A DNA stretch of 64,000 nucleotides, taken from the IMG/VR virus record IMGVR_UViG_3300020577_008610, positions 32,001 through 96,000 of that record. One strand, given 5' to 3'. Below the pieces are notes generated by a model. That model worked only from the letters and a program-made list of their open reading frames with translations. It was not told the DNA's origin and did not search any database. Position numbers and translations under genes: made by a program. The number at the start of each line of letters is the position of its first letter. The stretch's first letter is position 1. Shown here piece by piece: positions 20,558 to 29,854 of the stretch. Source of the stretch: a virus. Its lineage: Duplodnaviria > Caudoviricetes.

Positions 20558-21574
20558 TTACCCCTCAAAAACCAAGGTAAATAAGTTGATGAACTTGTGG
20601 ACCCCTTTGCTATCCGTGTAGACCTTCCCGACAAAGAACACATGCTTGCTCAGGTCAGGACGATTTCTTGGATCTTTGTCTTGCCTTTTGCGTTCCGAGA
20701 GGGCAATGCCGTCTCCAGCAAGGTTGAATAAACCGAAATCAATCACATCCAGTTTCACGATTTCATTGCCTCCAACCTCGAACATCTGGCAAATAACGTT
20801 GTTCGTTTTGGAGGTTTCATGGAATGGGATGTTGGCGGCATACCCCTTTGCTGTAGCCTCAGCCACCTCTCTTTCCACATCAGCAAATGTTAACTGCGGC
20901 CTCTGGTTGAGGTTTGGAAAATTGCCAAGCAGGTTCACCGTGGTATCGCCATGACGGTATTTGTTGATTGGAGGCAAATATTGAAAGTTTGGAAGATGAC
21001 TTAGCCTTGAATCCACGAACAAAGGGTCTGTTGTTTCCACATTCCCAACTGGCTGTTCTCTCACAGAAATGGGAGCAAGGCTTGAGATGGCAAACTGGAT
21101 GTTCGAAGCACCTAGGGCAAACACAATCTGGTTTTCATCAAATATTTCCGGACTGCTAATGATGTACTGATTCTTGTAGGCATCCAGAGAGCTGCTAAGC
21201 AAACCATCTGCCTCTGAGGCAAAAATGCTGTCTTGGGCTGGGAGATAAACTTTGCTTGAGCCTGTAGAGCTTGAAGACACAGCCAGGAGAATCTGACCAT
21301 TCCGGACCACAGAACCATTCGATGGGAAGGTGACCAGTTTCCCAGCGTCATCAGCTTCAAAGGTGATCATGTCCTGGGGCAACGAGTTGGCCTCCAGGAA
21401 GGGCCTCTTGGTGCCATCCATGGAAGCACTCAAAGAGGTGTCCTGGGAGTAAAAAGCTCCCATGTCGGTGAAGCTGTAGAACTCTGCCTTCAGCTTACCG
21501 GCTGCAATTTGGCCTCTGCCTTGGAGGGTGATGATTGTGTCCAGAATTCTTGTTTTTGCATCCAGAAATCCCAC
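20558..21574 (-). CDS. Virion protein, N-terminal paralog of 11337-12056
   Basis: MGFLDAKTRILDTIITLQGRGQIA. Confidence 0.65.
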   Translation of the reverse strand: MGFLDAKTRILDTIITLQGRGQIAAGKLKAEFYSFTDMGAFYSQDTSLSASMDGTKRPFLEANSLPQDMITFEADDAGKLVTFPSNGSVVRNGQILLAVSSSSTGSSKVYLPAQDSIFASEADGLLSSSLDAYKNQYIISSPEIFDENQIVFALGASNIQFAISSLAPISVREQPVGNVETTDPLFVDSRLSHLPNFQYLPPINKYRHGDTTVNLLGNFPNLNQRPQLTFADVEREVAEATAKGYAANIPFHETSKTNNVICQMFEVGGNEIVKLDVIDFGLFNLAGDGIALSERKRQDKDPRNRPDLSKHVFFVGKVYTDSKGVHKFINLFTLVFEG

Positions 21575-21577
21575 GGC

Positions 21578-21790
21578 TTACCTGTACTTCCATAGATAGC
21601 CGCCTGCGGTCTTTTTAGTTCCTCGGGCGCAAGCGCTGATGTTTGCGACATGTACTTCAGTAGTTTTGCTGGCCTCTTTCACGCTTGCATAGGTTGTTAC
21701 TACCTCTCCACTCAAGGTCAATTGGTCTACTTCCTTCCAACTCCATGAGCACGTAAAACCCTTATGAGCCTCACTCATTTTTTGGCGGAA
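21578..21790 (-). pseudogene. Homing endonuclease remnant (NUMOD3 + NUMOD1 only)
   Basis: RQKMSEAHKG and VDQLTLSGE...ISACARG..KTAGGYLWKY, similar to the C-terminus of 31382-32032; no nuclease domain. Confidence 0.75.
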
Positions 21791-21836
21791 TGTTCATTGT
21801 AGATGGGTTCCATGAGATTACAGGTCTCGTTTTGAG

Positions 21837-23135
21837 CTACATGTCATGAAATGGTTGACCGGACTTATATTCGAAATCATAAATGCCAGAGTCGTTCAGA
21901 TTGAGGGTAGAGGGGTTGCTGGCAGTTGCAGCAGCATCCGAACCAGAAACAAACCGAATGGCGATCACAGCTTCGGTTGGACCTTTCTTTCCGTTGTTTT
22001 TGCCATCAACGGTGAACCCATCTGGATCGAAGAATTTGCTGTATTTCCTCTGCTCCAACATATCTCGGAATTGACCATAACGGCTGCTCCGGAAAATCGC
22101 AGAGGTATACTGCGGGAATCCATTAATGGCTCCATACCTCCAACCTCGGATATCAACGGAAGAGGCATAGAAGCCATTGATCACAGCAATTGTTGTATAG
22201 AGCTGGCTAGAAGTTACGGCATTGATAAGCGGAACTCCTTGGTAGTTATCCCCAAATCCGAAGAAGAGCTTAGTAAGTTGCCTCTGCCGAGGTCTCTTGG
22301 TTCCTTTGCCAACGCCAAACAAGCCAGTAACTCCCGGAGGGTACAGGAAAACTCCGACCCCCAAGAATTGTTCTCCGGCATTCACACTCCCGGTAACATC
22401 AATCAAGGTATACCTAACAGGTTCCGTCGCTCCTCTTCCGACATTTGGAAGGTCGTCTCCCCATCTCCTGGGTAGGATGACTTCTACCGTTGCCAAGGAG
22501 CTGGAAGGATAGCTGTTGTTGGAGCCGTATTTTACAATTCCGCTAGTAGAAACAGGGTGCGATTCGCTCCCAGGACACATAATGCTTCCACGATAAAAAG
22601 TTGGTTCCAAAACCCTTGCGATGTTTTTATAGGTATTCTGGAATGGAAATGAGCCAAACCAAAACCTGTCCGCTACATTTGTCCCATTGCTCTCGTAGGA
22701 AGCTGTAACACCATACGTTGTGAATACAGCCTTCCCAACTGCTGTACCGCCGATTGTATACCCATCGGCTCCAGGCTCATTCAGCAAAATTGGGCTTGCG
22801 CCAAATTCTCCATTTGCCAAAACAGGCAATCCGCCGTTTGCGTAAAAAAGCTTCACAATATCCGGGAGGATGGTATCGTGGTACCTCTCGGTTACCGAAA
22901 AGAAGTGACGAAAACGCAAAGCAATTCCACGGCTCCTATTCCGATTGGAACCACTATAGTCAGCGAATTCGCTGTAATATTGAGCTAGATTCAGCTCATT
23001 GGACCCACTGGTGTGGGCAGCAATGATTCTTCTGTTATTCGTGTAGATTGAACCCGAGAAGATTGGATCTGTGTAGGAGCCAGTGTAGAAAACATTTGGT
23101 TCCAGCTCAAATTGGTCAAGTGTCTTGTGGCTCAT
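21837..23135 (-). CDS. Putative virion protein, [ST]GS-rich
   Basis: 432 aa, structural operon, six [ST]GS by manual count. Confidence 0.65.
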   Translation of the reverse strand: MSHKTLDQFELEPNVFYTGSYTDPIFSGSIYTNNRRIIAAHTSGSNELNLAQYYSEFADYSGSNRNRSRGIALRFRHFFSVTERYHDTILPDIVKLFYANGGLPVLANGEFGASPILLNEPGADGYTIGGTAVGKAVFTTYGVTASYESNGTNVADRFWFGSFPFQNTYKNIARVLEPTFYRGSIMCPGSESHPVSTSGIVKYGSNNSYPSSSLATVEVILPRRWGDDLPNVGRGATEPVRYTLIDVTGSVNAGEQFLGVGVFLYPPGVTGLFGVGKGTKRPRQRQLTKLFFGFGDNYQGVPLINAVTSSQLYTTIAVINGFYASSVDIRGWRYGAINGFPQYTSAIFRSSRYGQFRDMLEQRKYSKFFDPDGFTVDGKNNGKKGPTEAVIAIRFVSGSDAAATASNPSTLNLNDSGIYDFEYKSGQPFHDM

Positions 23136-24911
23136 TTATCCCTCAATCACCTCATGCACCGTCACTGAAGTGAGGAGCTGATTCAAGGTATCATGGTGCT
23201 CCCTATCTTCCTTGATTTGGGATCCGTAAAGAATGATCTTGGAAGGAGCAGAAGCAAACTGCAAATAAGCACCTTGTCCTGGGAACTCAGTACTCAGAAG
23301 CGTATTTTCGTTAAGGATACGACTCCATGGAGGTTGCCAGCCGAAAACGAGCCGGTCCCCAGGCTGAATCAGATATGGATTTGGCTTGACATACTTGGTA
23401 AGGAGGTTGAAAGTCCAGCCATCCTGAGCAATGCTCTTGGCCACTTGCCCTGAGGAGAAGTCCGAAACATAAGACCTTCCTGTGGTTCCAAAGATGCCAG
23501 AACGGCTGCTTTTCTCCAACTTATTCATCATGAAGGTAGTCCCACCGCCCAAAGTATTGGTAATGATCGAACCCATCCCTTGATTGGCAATTTGGCTCCT
23601 AACAGTTCCGGAAACTTGATATCTTCCAGACCACATCGGAGGACCAAAGTTGCCAAGTCCACTTCCGTACGGCACCATCAAAGTGAGATCTGCTCCCACA
23701 TCTGCGGCAATTTCATCCGCTAAATAAGAGCCTGTGACGATAGAGCAAATACGTAGTGTGGTCACCAGGTCACGAGTGGTATTGTAACTGGCATAGGCTC
23801 CCTCGCCTGGAACAAAGGCTCCTGTGAAGAAGGTTTGGTTTGTAGGCGTTTGGCAAACAATCTCTTGTGCCTCAGGGATATTAACTGCAAAAGGTTTTCT
23901 TTGGTTCAATACAAAGAAACCAGAAACAGCGACTGTATAGGAGTATTGCGCAGAGCTGTAAGTCAAAGGATTCACTCCAAAGGCTCCGCTAAACTCCAGA
24001 ACCACCTTCTCCACAAGAAATGGGGTATCAACAAGGTCGGATACAGCAATACTGTTCGAGCTTGTTGCATGAAATTTTGGGTGATATGGAAATCCGAAGT
24101 TGCTGATAATTTGCCCACGACTCTGATCGTACCGTGGATTCAGCCCACCTTCCCACATGCTCTCTCCAAAAGCAATGCATTGATCTTCCAGAAGAGCCTT
24201 AAGTCGAGCAAGCCTAGCTGCATCCGTACTGCCACTAGCATATGTGTGAAATACGGTTCCTGGACCTATGCCCTCGAATTTCTTCGTTTGGAAATTCCAG
24301 TAGGCCATAGGGTAGTTCATTCCTGTGGTCCCGGAAACGCCCTGCTGGAAAGAAAAAGAGTGAACTATTGAAGGAGTCAGGTCGATCTCAATCTTGGTTT
24401 TGCTCCACAGCGGCTGATCAAATCCTGCACCAACATCGGAGAGCTTGCTTCCAGTTGCATAGAAGGAATTTGGGGTGGCTCCAGAGATAGCAGATTTGGC
24501 ATCCACAGCCGGGTTCCAATCATCTCTGAATGGCTGAAAGTCTTGTCCTGGGGTAAAGGTAACGAGTTTGTCTCCAATTCCTTTCCTGACAATCCCTTGC
24601 ACTACGATATCAGTGTTGTATTCAGGATTCTTGGATGTGGTACCAGTTATATCCGTGCGGTAAAGAGCAAGGTTGCTTGTATGCAACCCGGCTGGCATCG
24701 CAACGCCGTGTTTTTCTGGACTAGTCCCAGAAAGGTAAGACTTGAAATACACAGTTTTGGTATCATCGTATTGGACTGGGAAGTGTCCCGTCCTATTGTC
24801 CGATGCCAGACGTGAGTGAGCGGGAAAGGAGCCGGTAACGGCATCCCTCATCTGGAGTTGAACCTTTGGTGGGAGTCCCTTGATTCTTGTGTTTTTGAGC
24901 GTTCTTGACAT
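23136..24911 (-). CDS. Putative virion protein
   Basis: Start ATG 24911 (TAATG overlap); structural operon. Confidence 0.65.
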   Translation of the reverse strand: MSRTLKNTRIKGLPPKVQLQMRDAVTGSFPAHSRLASDNRTGHFPVQYDDTKTVYFKSYLSGTSPEKHGVAMPAGLHTSNLALYRTDITGTTSKNPEYNTDIVVQGIVRKGIGDKLVTFTPGQDFQPFRDDWNPAVDAKSAISGATPNSFYATGSKLSDVGAGFDQPLWSKTKIEIDLTPSIVHSFSFQQGVSGTTGMNYPMAYWNFQTKKFEGIGPGTVFHTYASGSTDAARLARLKALLEDQCIAFGESMWEGGLNPRYDQSRGQIISNFGFPYHPKFHATSSNSIAVSDLVDTPFLVEKVVLEFSGAFGVNPLTYSSAQYSYTVAVSGFFVLNQRKPFAVNIPEAQEIVCQTPTNQTFFTGAFVPGEGAYASYNTTRDLVTTLRICSIVTGSYLADEIAADVGADLTLMVPYGSGLGNFGPPMWSGRYQVSGTVRSQIANQGMGSIITNTLGGGTTFMMNKLEKSSRSGIFGTTGRSYVSDFSSGQVAKSIAQDGWTFNLLTKYVKPNPYLIQPGDRLVFGWQPPWSRILNENTLLSTEFPGQGAYLQFASAPSKIILYGSQIKEDREHHDTLNQLLTSVTVHEVIEG

Positions 24912-25422
24912 TATTCGGTGCCTTCTAGGTGCCACCCCTTGTGGTATAGTCGTTTGCCGTGAAGCACCGAACGAAGATTGCTAGGCTCCAAATGATGAAT
25001 GGCAGCAAACCCAACCAGATTGTCTATTCTGGTGAACTTTTCTCCTGTTGGTGATACTAGCACGAAGCCCTCGTACACTTTCCTTCTATACGTATTCCCA
25101 AGATGAGCTTTTCGAAGTTTGGCTTTGGTTTCAGGAGAGTGATGCCGTCCAAGCATCGGATGGACTTCACCTTTCCGGTCTACTGCTCCAAATTCAGTAG
25201 CAGGAGAGTTATGTTTCCCCTGAAGAGAAGAACTTATCTTCTGCTTGGTTTCCGGAGAATGTTGATGCCCCATTTGTTGTTGACGAATAAGGTTTTTTTG
25301 TGTCGTTCGAATGAGTTCGACCAAACCAGTGACTTGCTTCTCCTGTCATCCCCTTTGACCAAGGTACATGTCCCCTCTGAAATTGACCAACCTTGATGGC
25401 TTCATTCGTCGTTGAATTTCAT
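24911..25422 (-). pseudogene. Frameshifted NUMOD3 homing-endonuclease remnant
   Basis: HSPETKQKIS/HSPETKAKLR NUMOD3 repeats; upstream frame GHVPWSKG..HWFGRTHSNDTK joins via a frameshift in an A7 run (~25293-25299); no nuclease domain. Confidence 0.7.
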
Positions 25423-25427
25423 GAGTG

Positions 25428-25434
25428 TAAGTAT
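25428..25434 (-). promoter_or_regulatory. Putative late promoter ATACTTA
   Basis: Motif 6 nt upstream of ATG 25422. Confidence 0.5.
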
Positions 25435-25454
25435 GAGATGGAGGGTAGGCTTGG

Positions 25455-26270
25455 CTAACCTCTTGCCCATCCGCCAAATGCTATCGAATCTGTTCCGTAT
25501 TGTCCGGCATTCAAGCCGTAGTAACTCCACCCAGCAGCAGCAGATTTTTTGCCATAAGGCAAAAAGCTGTCACTTGTCTGGGCTCCCTTAGCAGCCAACT
25601 CCGCAATGGTGGAGTTAGTGTTTTGGAGTTTTTTGTCAATAGCGTAGGTCAAGGAGTCGTCAAAAGGAGCAAATCTTCTCTCGATGTCAGCTACATAAGA
25701 GTCTCTCCTTACGTTACCGAAATAATCTCCGCCTTCGTCCAAGAAGAATTTGGGATCCTTCGGAGGAGCAAGCTCAATGAATTGCTCGATTTGGTTGGAA
25801 GATCGGTAAATGTAAGAGTCGAAGTTGTTGCCGTCCTCAAGTTCGCCACGTGCTGCGTGGGCGTAAAAAGGCCCTTCATTGCTGTGTTTTCGGAAGGGGA
25901 TGGCAAGGGGCTCAATGACAGCTTCATTCTGTTGAAGCGGACCTTCGTTGAACTGAATGGGAATGGGGTAAGCTGCCCCTTGAGAAATGTAAGCTACTGG
26001 GTTAAACTTAGGGAGGTCCAGGAACTTACTTTCTAGCCCCAAAGGATTTTCCTGAATTGCACCCTGCATTTGTCCATAGGTTACAATGGAGACCGACCCA
26101 TCTGTATTCCCTGACCACATCTTGGGCTGAGTCCCCAGGAATCGGAAGCGGTCATTGATGATTTCTACTCCTTGGCGGTACTGATCCCATGCGGAGGTAT
26201 CGTAGCCGTTACGAGTGGGCCGTGGAGCCCGAACAGGGTAGCGTTGATCATCGAAGGGAGTAAATGGCAC
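25455..26270 (-). CDS. Putative virion protein (271 aa)
   Basis: Operon context; no enzyme motif. Confidence 0.6.
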   Translation of the reverse strand: MPFTPFDDQRYPVRAPRPTRNGYDTSAWDQYRQGVEIINDRFRFLGTQPKMWSGNTDGSVSIVTYGQMQGAIQENPLGLESKFLDLPKFNPVAYISQGAAYPIPIQFNEGPLQQNEAVIEPLAIPFRKHSNEGPFYAHAARGELEDGNNFDSYIYRSSNQIEQFIELAPPKDPKFFLDEGGDYFGNVRRDSYVADIERRFAPFDDSLTYAIDKKLQNTNSTIAELAAKGAQTSDSFLPYGKKSAAAGWSYYGLNAGQYGTDSIAFGGWARG

Positions 26271-26272
26271 AA

Positions 26273-26410
26273 TTAACCTCTTGTCCAGCCATGGTAAGAA
26301 GCATAGTTGCCTCTGGCCAAACCATAAATACCAGAACCCAACTTTTGTTCTCTAGCAAAACTGCCAAGTTCACAATTGGACCGCATGAAACCAGCGCAAA
26401 TCAGAGAGGA
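26273..26410 (-). pseudogene. Decayed homing endonuclease C-terminal DNA-binding remnant
   Basis: FALVSCGPIVNL / (frameshift) GSFAREQKL...LARGNYASYHGW resembles LLSPTGEVFGPITNLNAF...LIRGKISQTKGW of 49316-49966. Confidence 0.55.
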
Positions 26411-26419
26411 CGTTTTGTA

Positions 26420-29400
26420 TCAAAACCTTGCCAGTGAAGTCGCGAACTGCTGGAACAGGATGGTGTCCTTCAGGGCATGCCTCGTGCTGTCTCCAAGGTA
26501 CATATCGACAAACTGGTATTCCAGCTTGGGCCGTTCAAGCATGTGGCTCTCAATCACGAAGTTGGTTCCGAGGAACTTAGTCTTCCTTGGAAGCAACTGA
26601 GCAATGAATTGCCCAATATTTGTGTCAAACCACTTGTAGAACTCGAAAAAACTCTTCAGGTTTACTCGGTCTACAAGCCGGTTGAAGTAGATGTTCCGCA
26701 AGCTATCCAAGTCCGGATAATCTGGAGAGAAGATCAACTCTGGGTTGCCGATTACATTGTCCAGGATATCCAAGGTAGCGAAGATATTGATGATGTCCTG
26801 ATCCAAAGCATCCACAATCGAGAAGTCGATCGTGAACCGAGTGTTATCTTGTGGAATCTCTGAAGAATCCAGGGAGTAAATTGGGGCCACCTGGGCATAG
26901 GAACTGCTCAAAATGTTGTCGTGATTCTGAAATGACCGAACACGTACTTTGTCCGTGGTGGCACCCACATCAAATTTCGGAGACAACAGACTGTACTGGA
27001 AGAGTTGAGGTACGATCACGGAGCTAGTAGCCGGGAAGGACCCTGACCAATGAAGGTTGTTTTGGGAGAAGTCAGTGAGTTGAAGGAAGCCAGTGTTGCT
27101 GGAGGCCAACTCAACCTGATCCGAGCTAACATCCATACGAAGACGGCCAAAGGAGCCCGTCTGGTTGACTACAAAGTTGAAGTTAACCAAAGGGTTCTCA
27201 ACGCCCAAGGACTTGAAGTTTCTAACGTGCTCAGTCCATTCAGCCTGCGTCAGCGCCTTCGACCAAAAACGAAAATGACCAGCTCTTCCATCAAAGGCTG
27301 TTGAACGATAAAAAGAGTCAAGACTGCCCGTGTTGAGGTGAACAATTCCAGTTAGGATAGTTTCTAGCCCTATAGCAATAAAAGAACCCGAGGCATTCCC
27401 TGGAGCGCTTTTATTGCTCCAGGCTATGTTGTTAACGCTGCTTGTACCGATCTCATCAAAAAATGATGAGGTGACTTGCATAGTGGTGAGTTCCCCGGAA
27501 CTCTGCTTGGCTGCCCGAAGAAAGTAGGAAGAGGAGGCAGTAGAAGCAATTTCATCAGCTCTTTGGCGGCCAAATGAAATGTGCCATACGGATCCATCAA
27601 AAACGTCGACTGCAAGACTCATAGTCAAGATTGACGGAGTTCCAATATTGGGAGATACGGCAAAAGTAAGGCCACTATTCTGCGTTGCTAAAAGGTTGGC
27701 TACAACAAAACTTCCACTGATTGCACTTCCTGTTGTTTGCATCCTGGCAAGACTTTGGGTTACGCTAGACAAAGAAGAAGTGGTCGGAAAGCGGTATACA
27801 CCTTCAAAGGTCCAGGAACCAGAGGTGAACAAACCATCCCGAGGCTGATTTGAAATGCCATTCACAAAGGTGCCAACAGGCTGCGGGAAGCCACTTTCTG
27901 TCTCCAGGCGAGATCCTGAGAGGTAAGAAGACTGAATATGAGCACTACCAGAAAAATCGATGAGTGTGCTTGCTTCACTTCTATTCTCCCTTGCATTGGA
28001 AAGGTACCTAAAGCTAGGCCCACCAAACTCTCGAATCCTAAGGTTGTTGTCCGGTTCGATGCCAATAGAACGGATGAAGGTCTTAACCGAGTGAATTGTG
28101 CCCTTAGACTGGAGCACATCCTGGAGATTCAGGAGAACCCTTCTCCAAATTTGGTTCTGGATGTACTGCAACGAATAGTCGTTGGTGCTGATTTGGTTGT
28201 CGATGTTTTCAGCGTTGATGAACTGGGCAATCGAAGACCCGGTGAACAACGGAGGAAGCGTGATGCCGAACTTATCCGCAAATAGCTGGAGAAAAGCATC
28301 CGGAATAGTGTCTGTCGAGTCGTAGTCCAGGTGCAACAGATCCCCGAAAGCCTGGATGTACAACTTCATCTCGTCAAAGAACTTCGCCCAGGTGTACAAG
28401 AGCATCAGGATGACCTGAGTGTCGCCCAACTTGGCTGTGTCGGGAGTACTTCCTCCCGCAGCCAGGGCATCAATGATGGTTCCTTCCTCTGTGGTCAGGC
28501 CATCCTGATCTTGTCCTTGCAGGAGGTAATGTTTTGGGATAAGTCGATCAATTCTGTTTGGATTTACGCGGTCAAACTCTTCGGCTTGCTCAAGGAGGGA
28601 AGAATTTAGCTCCTCCAGGTCGGGGTGCAGAGGGAAAAGGACCGGGTTGTTGGCCAGTTTCTCATAGAGCATAGGAGAAGCTCCGGCAACTGAACCGGTA
28701 GCCACATTTCGAATACCACGATCAAAGGCCCAGGAGGATAGTGTGCCATGGAGGGAATTCCCCGAGTGATCGATCACCAAAGGGCTCTGGCTGCCAGAAG
28801 CCTCGTTGAATCGCATGTATAGCTTCAGGTCCTGTTGAGCAAACACATTCTTTTGCATGTATTCGTCCCGATTTTGTTGCGAACGGTTGACATGCCAGAT
28901 TCGAAGCTCATCAATGGCTCCGGAAAGAGTGTTCGAGCCGGTAAAAGATGGAATGGCCGAACCGGATCCAATAATGAGATCGGCTGAGTCCATGTTCATC
29001 AAGCCGATTTCAACCCCAGAGCTAGAGCTGTTGGAAAAAACACCGTTGACGTAGCCGAAGGCCTTGTTGACATTTGGCCTTCTGTCCCACACAAAAGCAA
29101 TGTGATTCCACTGACCTTTCGGAATGATCACATCTGTGACAACGCCGTAAGCTCCTGAAAGGAAACTAACCCCCACTCTACCAAGGGTTGTGGAACCTGT
29201 AGCAGCCAAAGAGACACCAAAACCATGAGTTCCGCTAACGGTCGAAGTGGCCAGCTTGTTGATCACGAAAGAGCTGGAGTTGGCTTGAGCCGGAAGGTAG
29301 AGCTGAAACTCGATGGTCATATCATTGGACCCAGGATTCAGGATGGACTGTCCAGTCAAGTTCCTGGAGATCCCAGGGTAAGTGACTCCGGCTACATCCT

Positions 29401-29854
29401 TGACGGTAACGTAGGTGCCGCTCAGGCCAGTTTCAGATGGTTTGGTGCCGCTTAGAAACAGGTAGGTTGTGCACTTCGGGAACTGGTCGTAGACGTACTT
29501 CTCGAAGCCTGTAAGGCTGTCAAGGAAAACTTCGAACTCGGCCTGAGTTCCGTCGAAAGGGAACTGATCGTACATTTTACGGAAGGCCACATTGGTCTTC
29601 ACGTGAGCTGAGTTGAAGAAGGTGTGATTTTCGAAGTTGTGCCAATCTACGTTGAGCTGCTGGGTACTCTTGATACCGTCTCCAGCCAAGTTATAACGGA
29701 ATGAACTAGAGTGGTCAAGAGCTGTAGAGGACAGAGTTTCGTAATCCACCTTGTGAAAGGTGTTAGAACCCATGTCGTTCTCAACCATCTGTCGGATCAC
29801 CGTAGGAGAAAACAAGACTGGTCTGTTCTGCCTTAGAGTTCTTGGATTTGGCAT
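26420..29854 (-). CDS. Baseplate wedge protein (P2 gpI / T4 gp7-like) with LamG domains
   Basis: IPDAFLQLFADKFG...IWRRVLLNL...SKGTIHSVKTFIRSIG; LamG WNHIAFVW, GAIDELRIW. Confidence 0.75.
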   Translation of the reverse strand: MPNPRTLRQNRPVLFSPTVIRQMVENDMGSNTFHKVDYETLSSTALDHSSSFRYNLAGDGIKSTQQLNVDWHNFENHTFFNSAHVKTNVAFRKMYDQFPFDGTQAEFEVFLDSLTGFEKYVYDQFPKCTTYLFLSGTKPSETGLSGTYVTVKDVAGVTYPGISRNLTGQSILNPGSNDMTIEFQLYLPAQANSSSFVINKLATSTVSGTHGFGVSLAATGSTTLGRVGVSFLSGAYGVVTDVIIPKGQWNHIAFVWDRRPNVNKAFGYVNGVFSNSSSSGVEIGLMNMDSADLIIGSGSAIPSFTGSNTLSGAIDELRIWHVNRSQQNRDEYMQKNVFAQQDLKLYMRFNEASGSQSPLVIDHSGNSLHGTLSSWAFDRGIRNVATGSVAGASPMLYEKLANNPVLFPLHPDLEELNSSLLEQAEEFDRVNPNRIDRLIPKHYLLQGQDQDGLTTEEGTIIDALAAGGSTPDTAKLGDTQVILMLLYTWAKFFDEMKLYIQAFGDLLHLDYDSTDTIPDAFLQLFADKFGITLPPLFTGSSIAQFINAENIDNQISTNDYSLQYIQNQIWRRVLLNLQDVLQSKGTIHSVKTFIRSIGIEPDNNLRIREFGGPSFRYLSNARENRSEASTLIDFSGSAHIQSSYLSGSRLETESGFPQPVGTFVNGISNQPRDGLFTSGSWTFEGVYRFPTTSSLSSVTQSLARMQTTGSAISGSFVVANLLATQNSGLTFAVSPNIGTPSILTMSLAVDVFDGSVWHISFGRQRADEIASTASSSYFLRAAKQSSGELTTMQVTSSFFDEIGTSSVNNIAWSNKSAPGNASGSFIAIGLETILTGIVHLNTGSLDSFYRSTAFDGRAGHFRFWSKALTQAEWTEHVRNFKSLGVENPLVNFNFVVNQTGSFGRLRMDVSSDQVELASSNTGFLQLTDFSQNNLHWSGSFPATSSVIVPQLFQYSLLSPKFDVGATTDKVRVRSFQNHDNILSSSYAQVAPIYSLDSSEIPQDNTRFTIDFSIVDALDQDIINIFATLDILDNVIGNPELIFSPDYPDLDSLRNIYFNRLVDRVNLKSFFEFYKWFDTNIGQFIAQLLPRKTKFLGTNFVIESHMLERPKLEYQFVDMYLGDSTRHALKDTILFQQFATSLARF

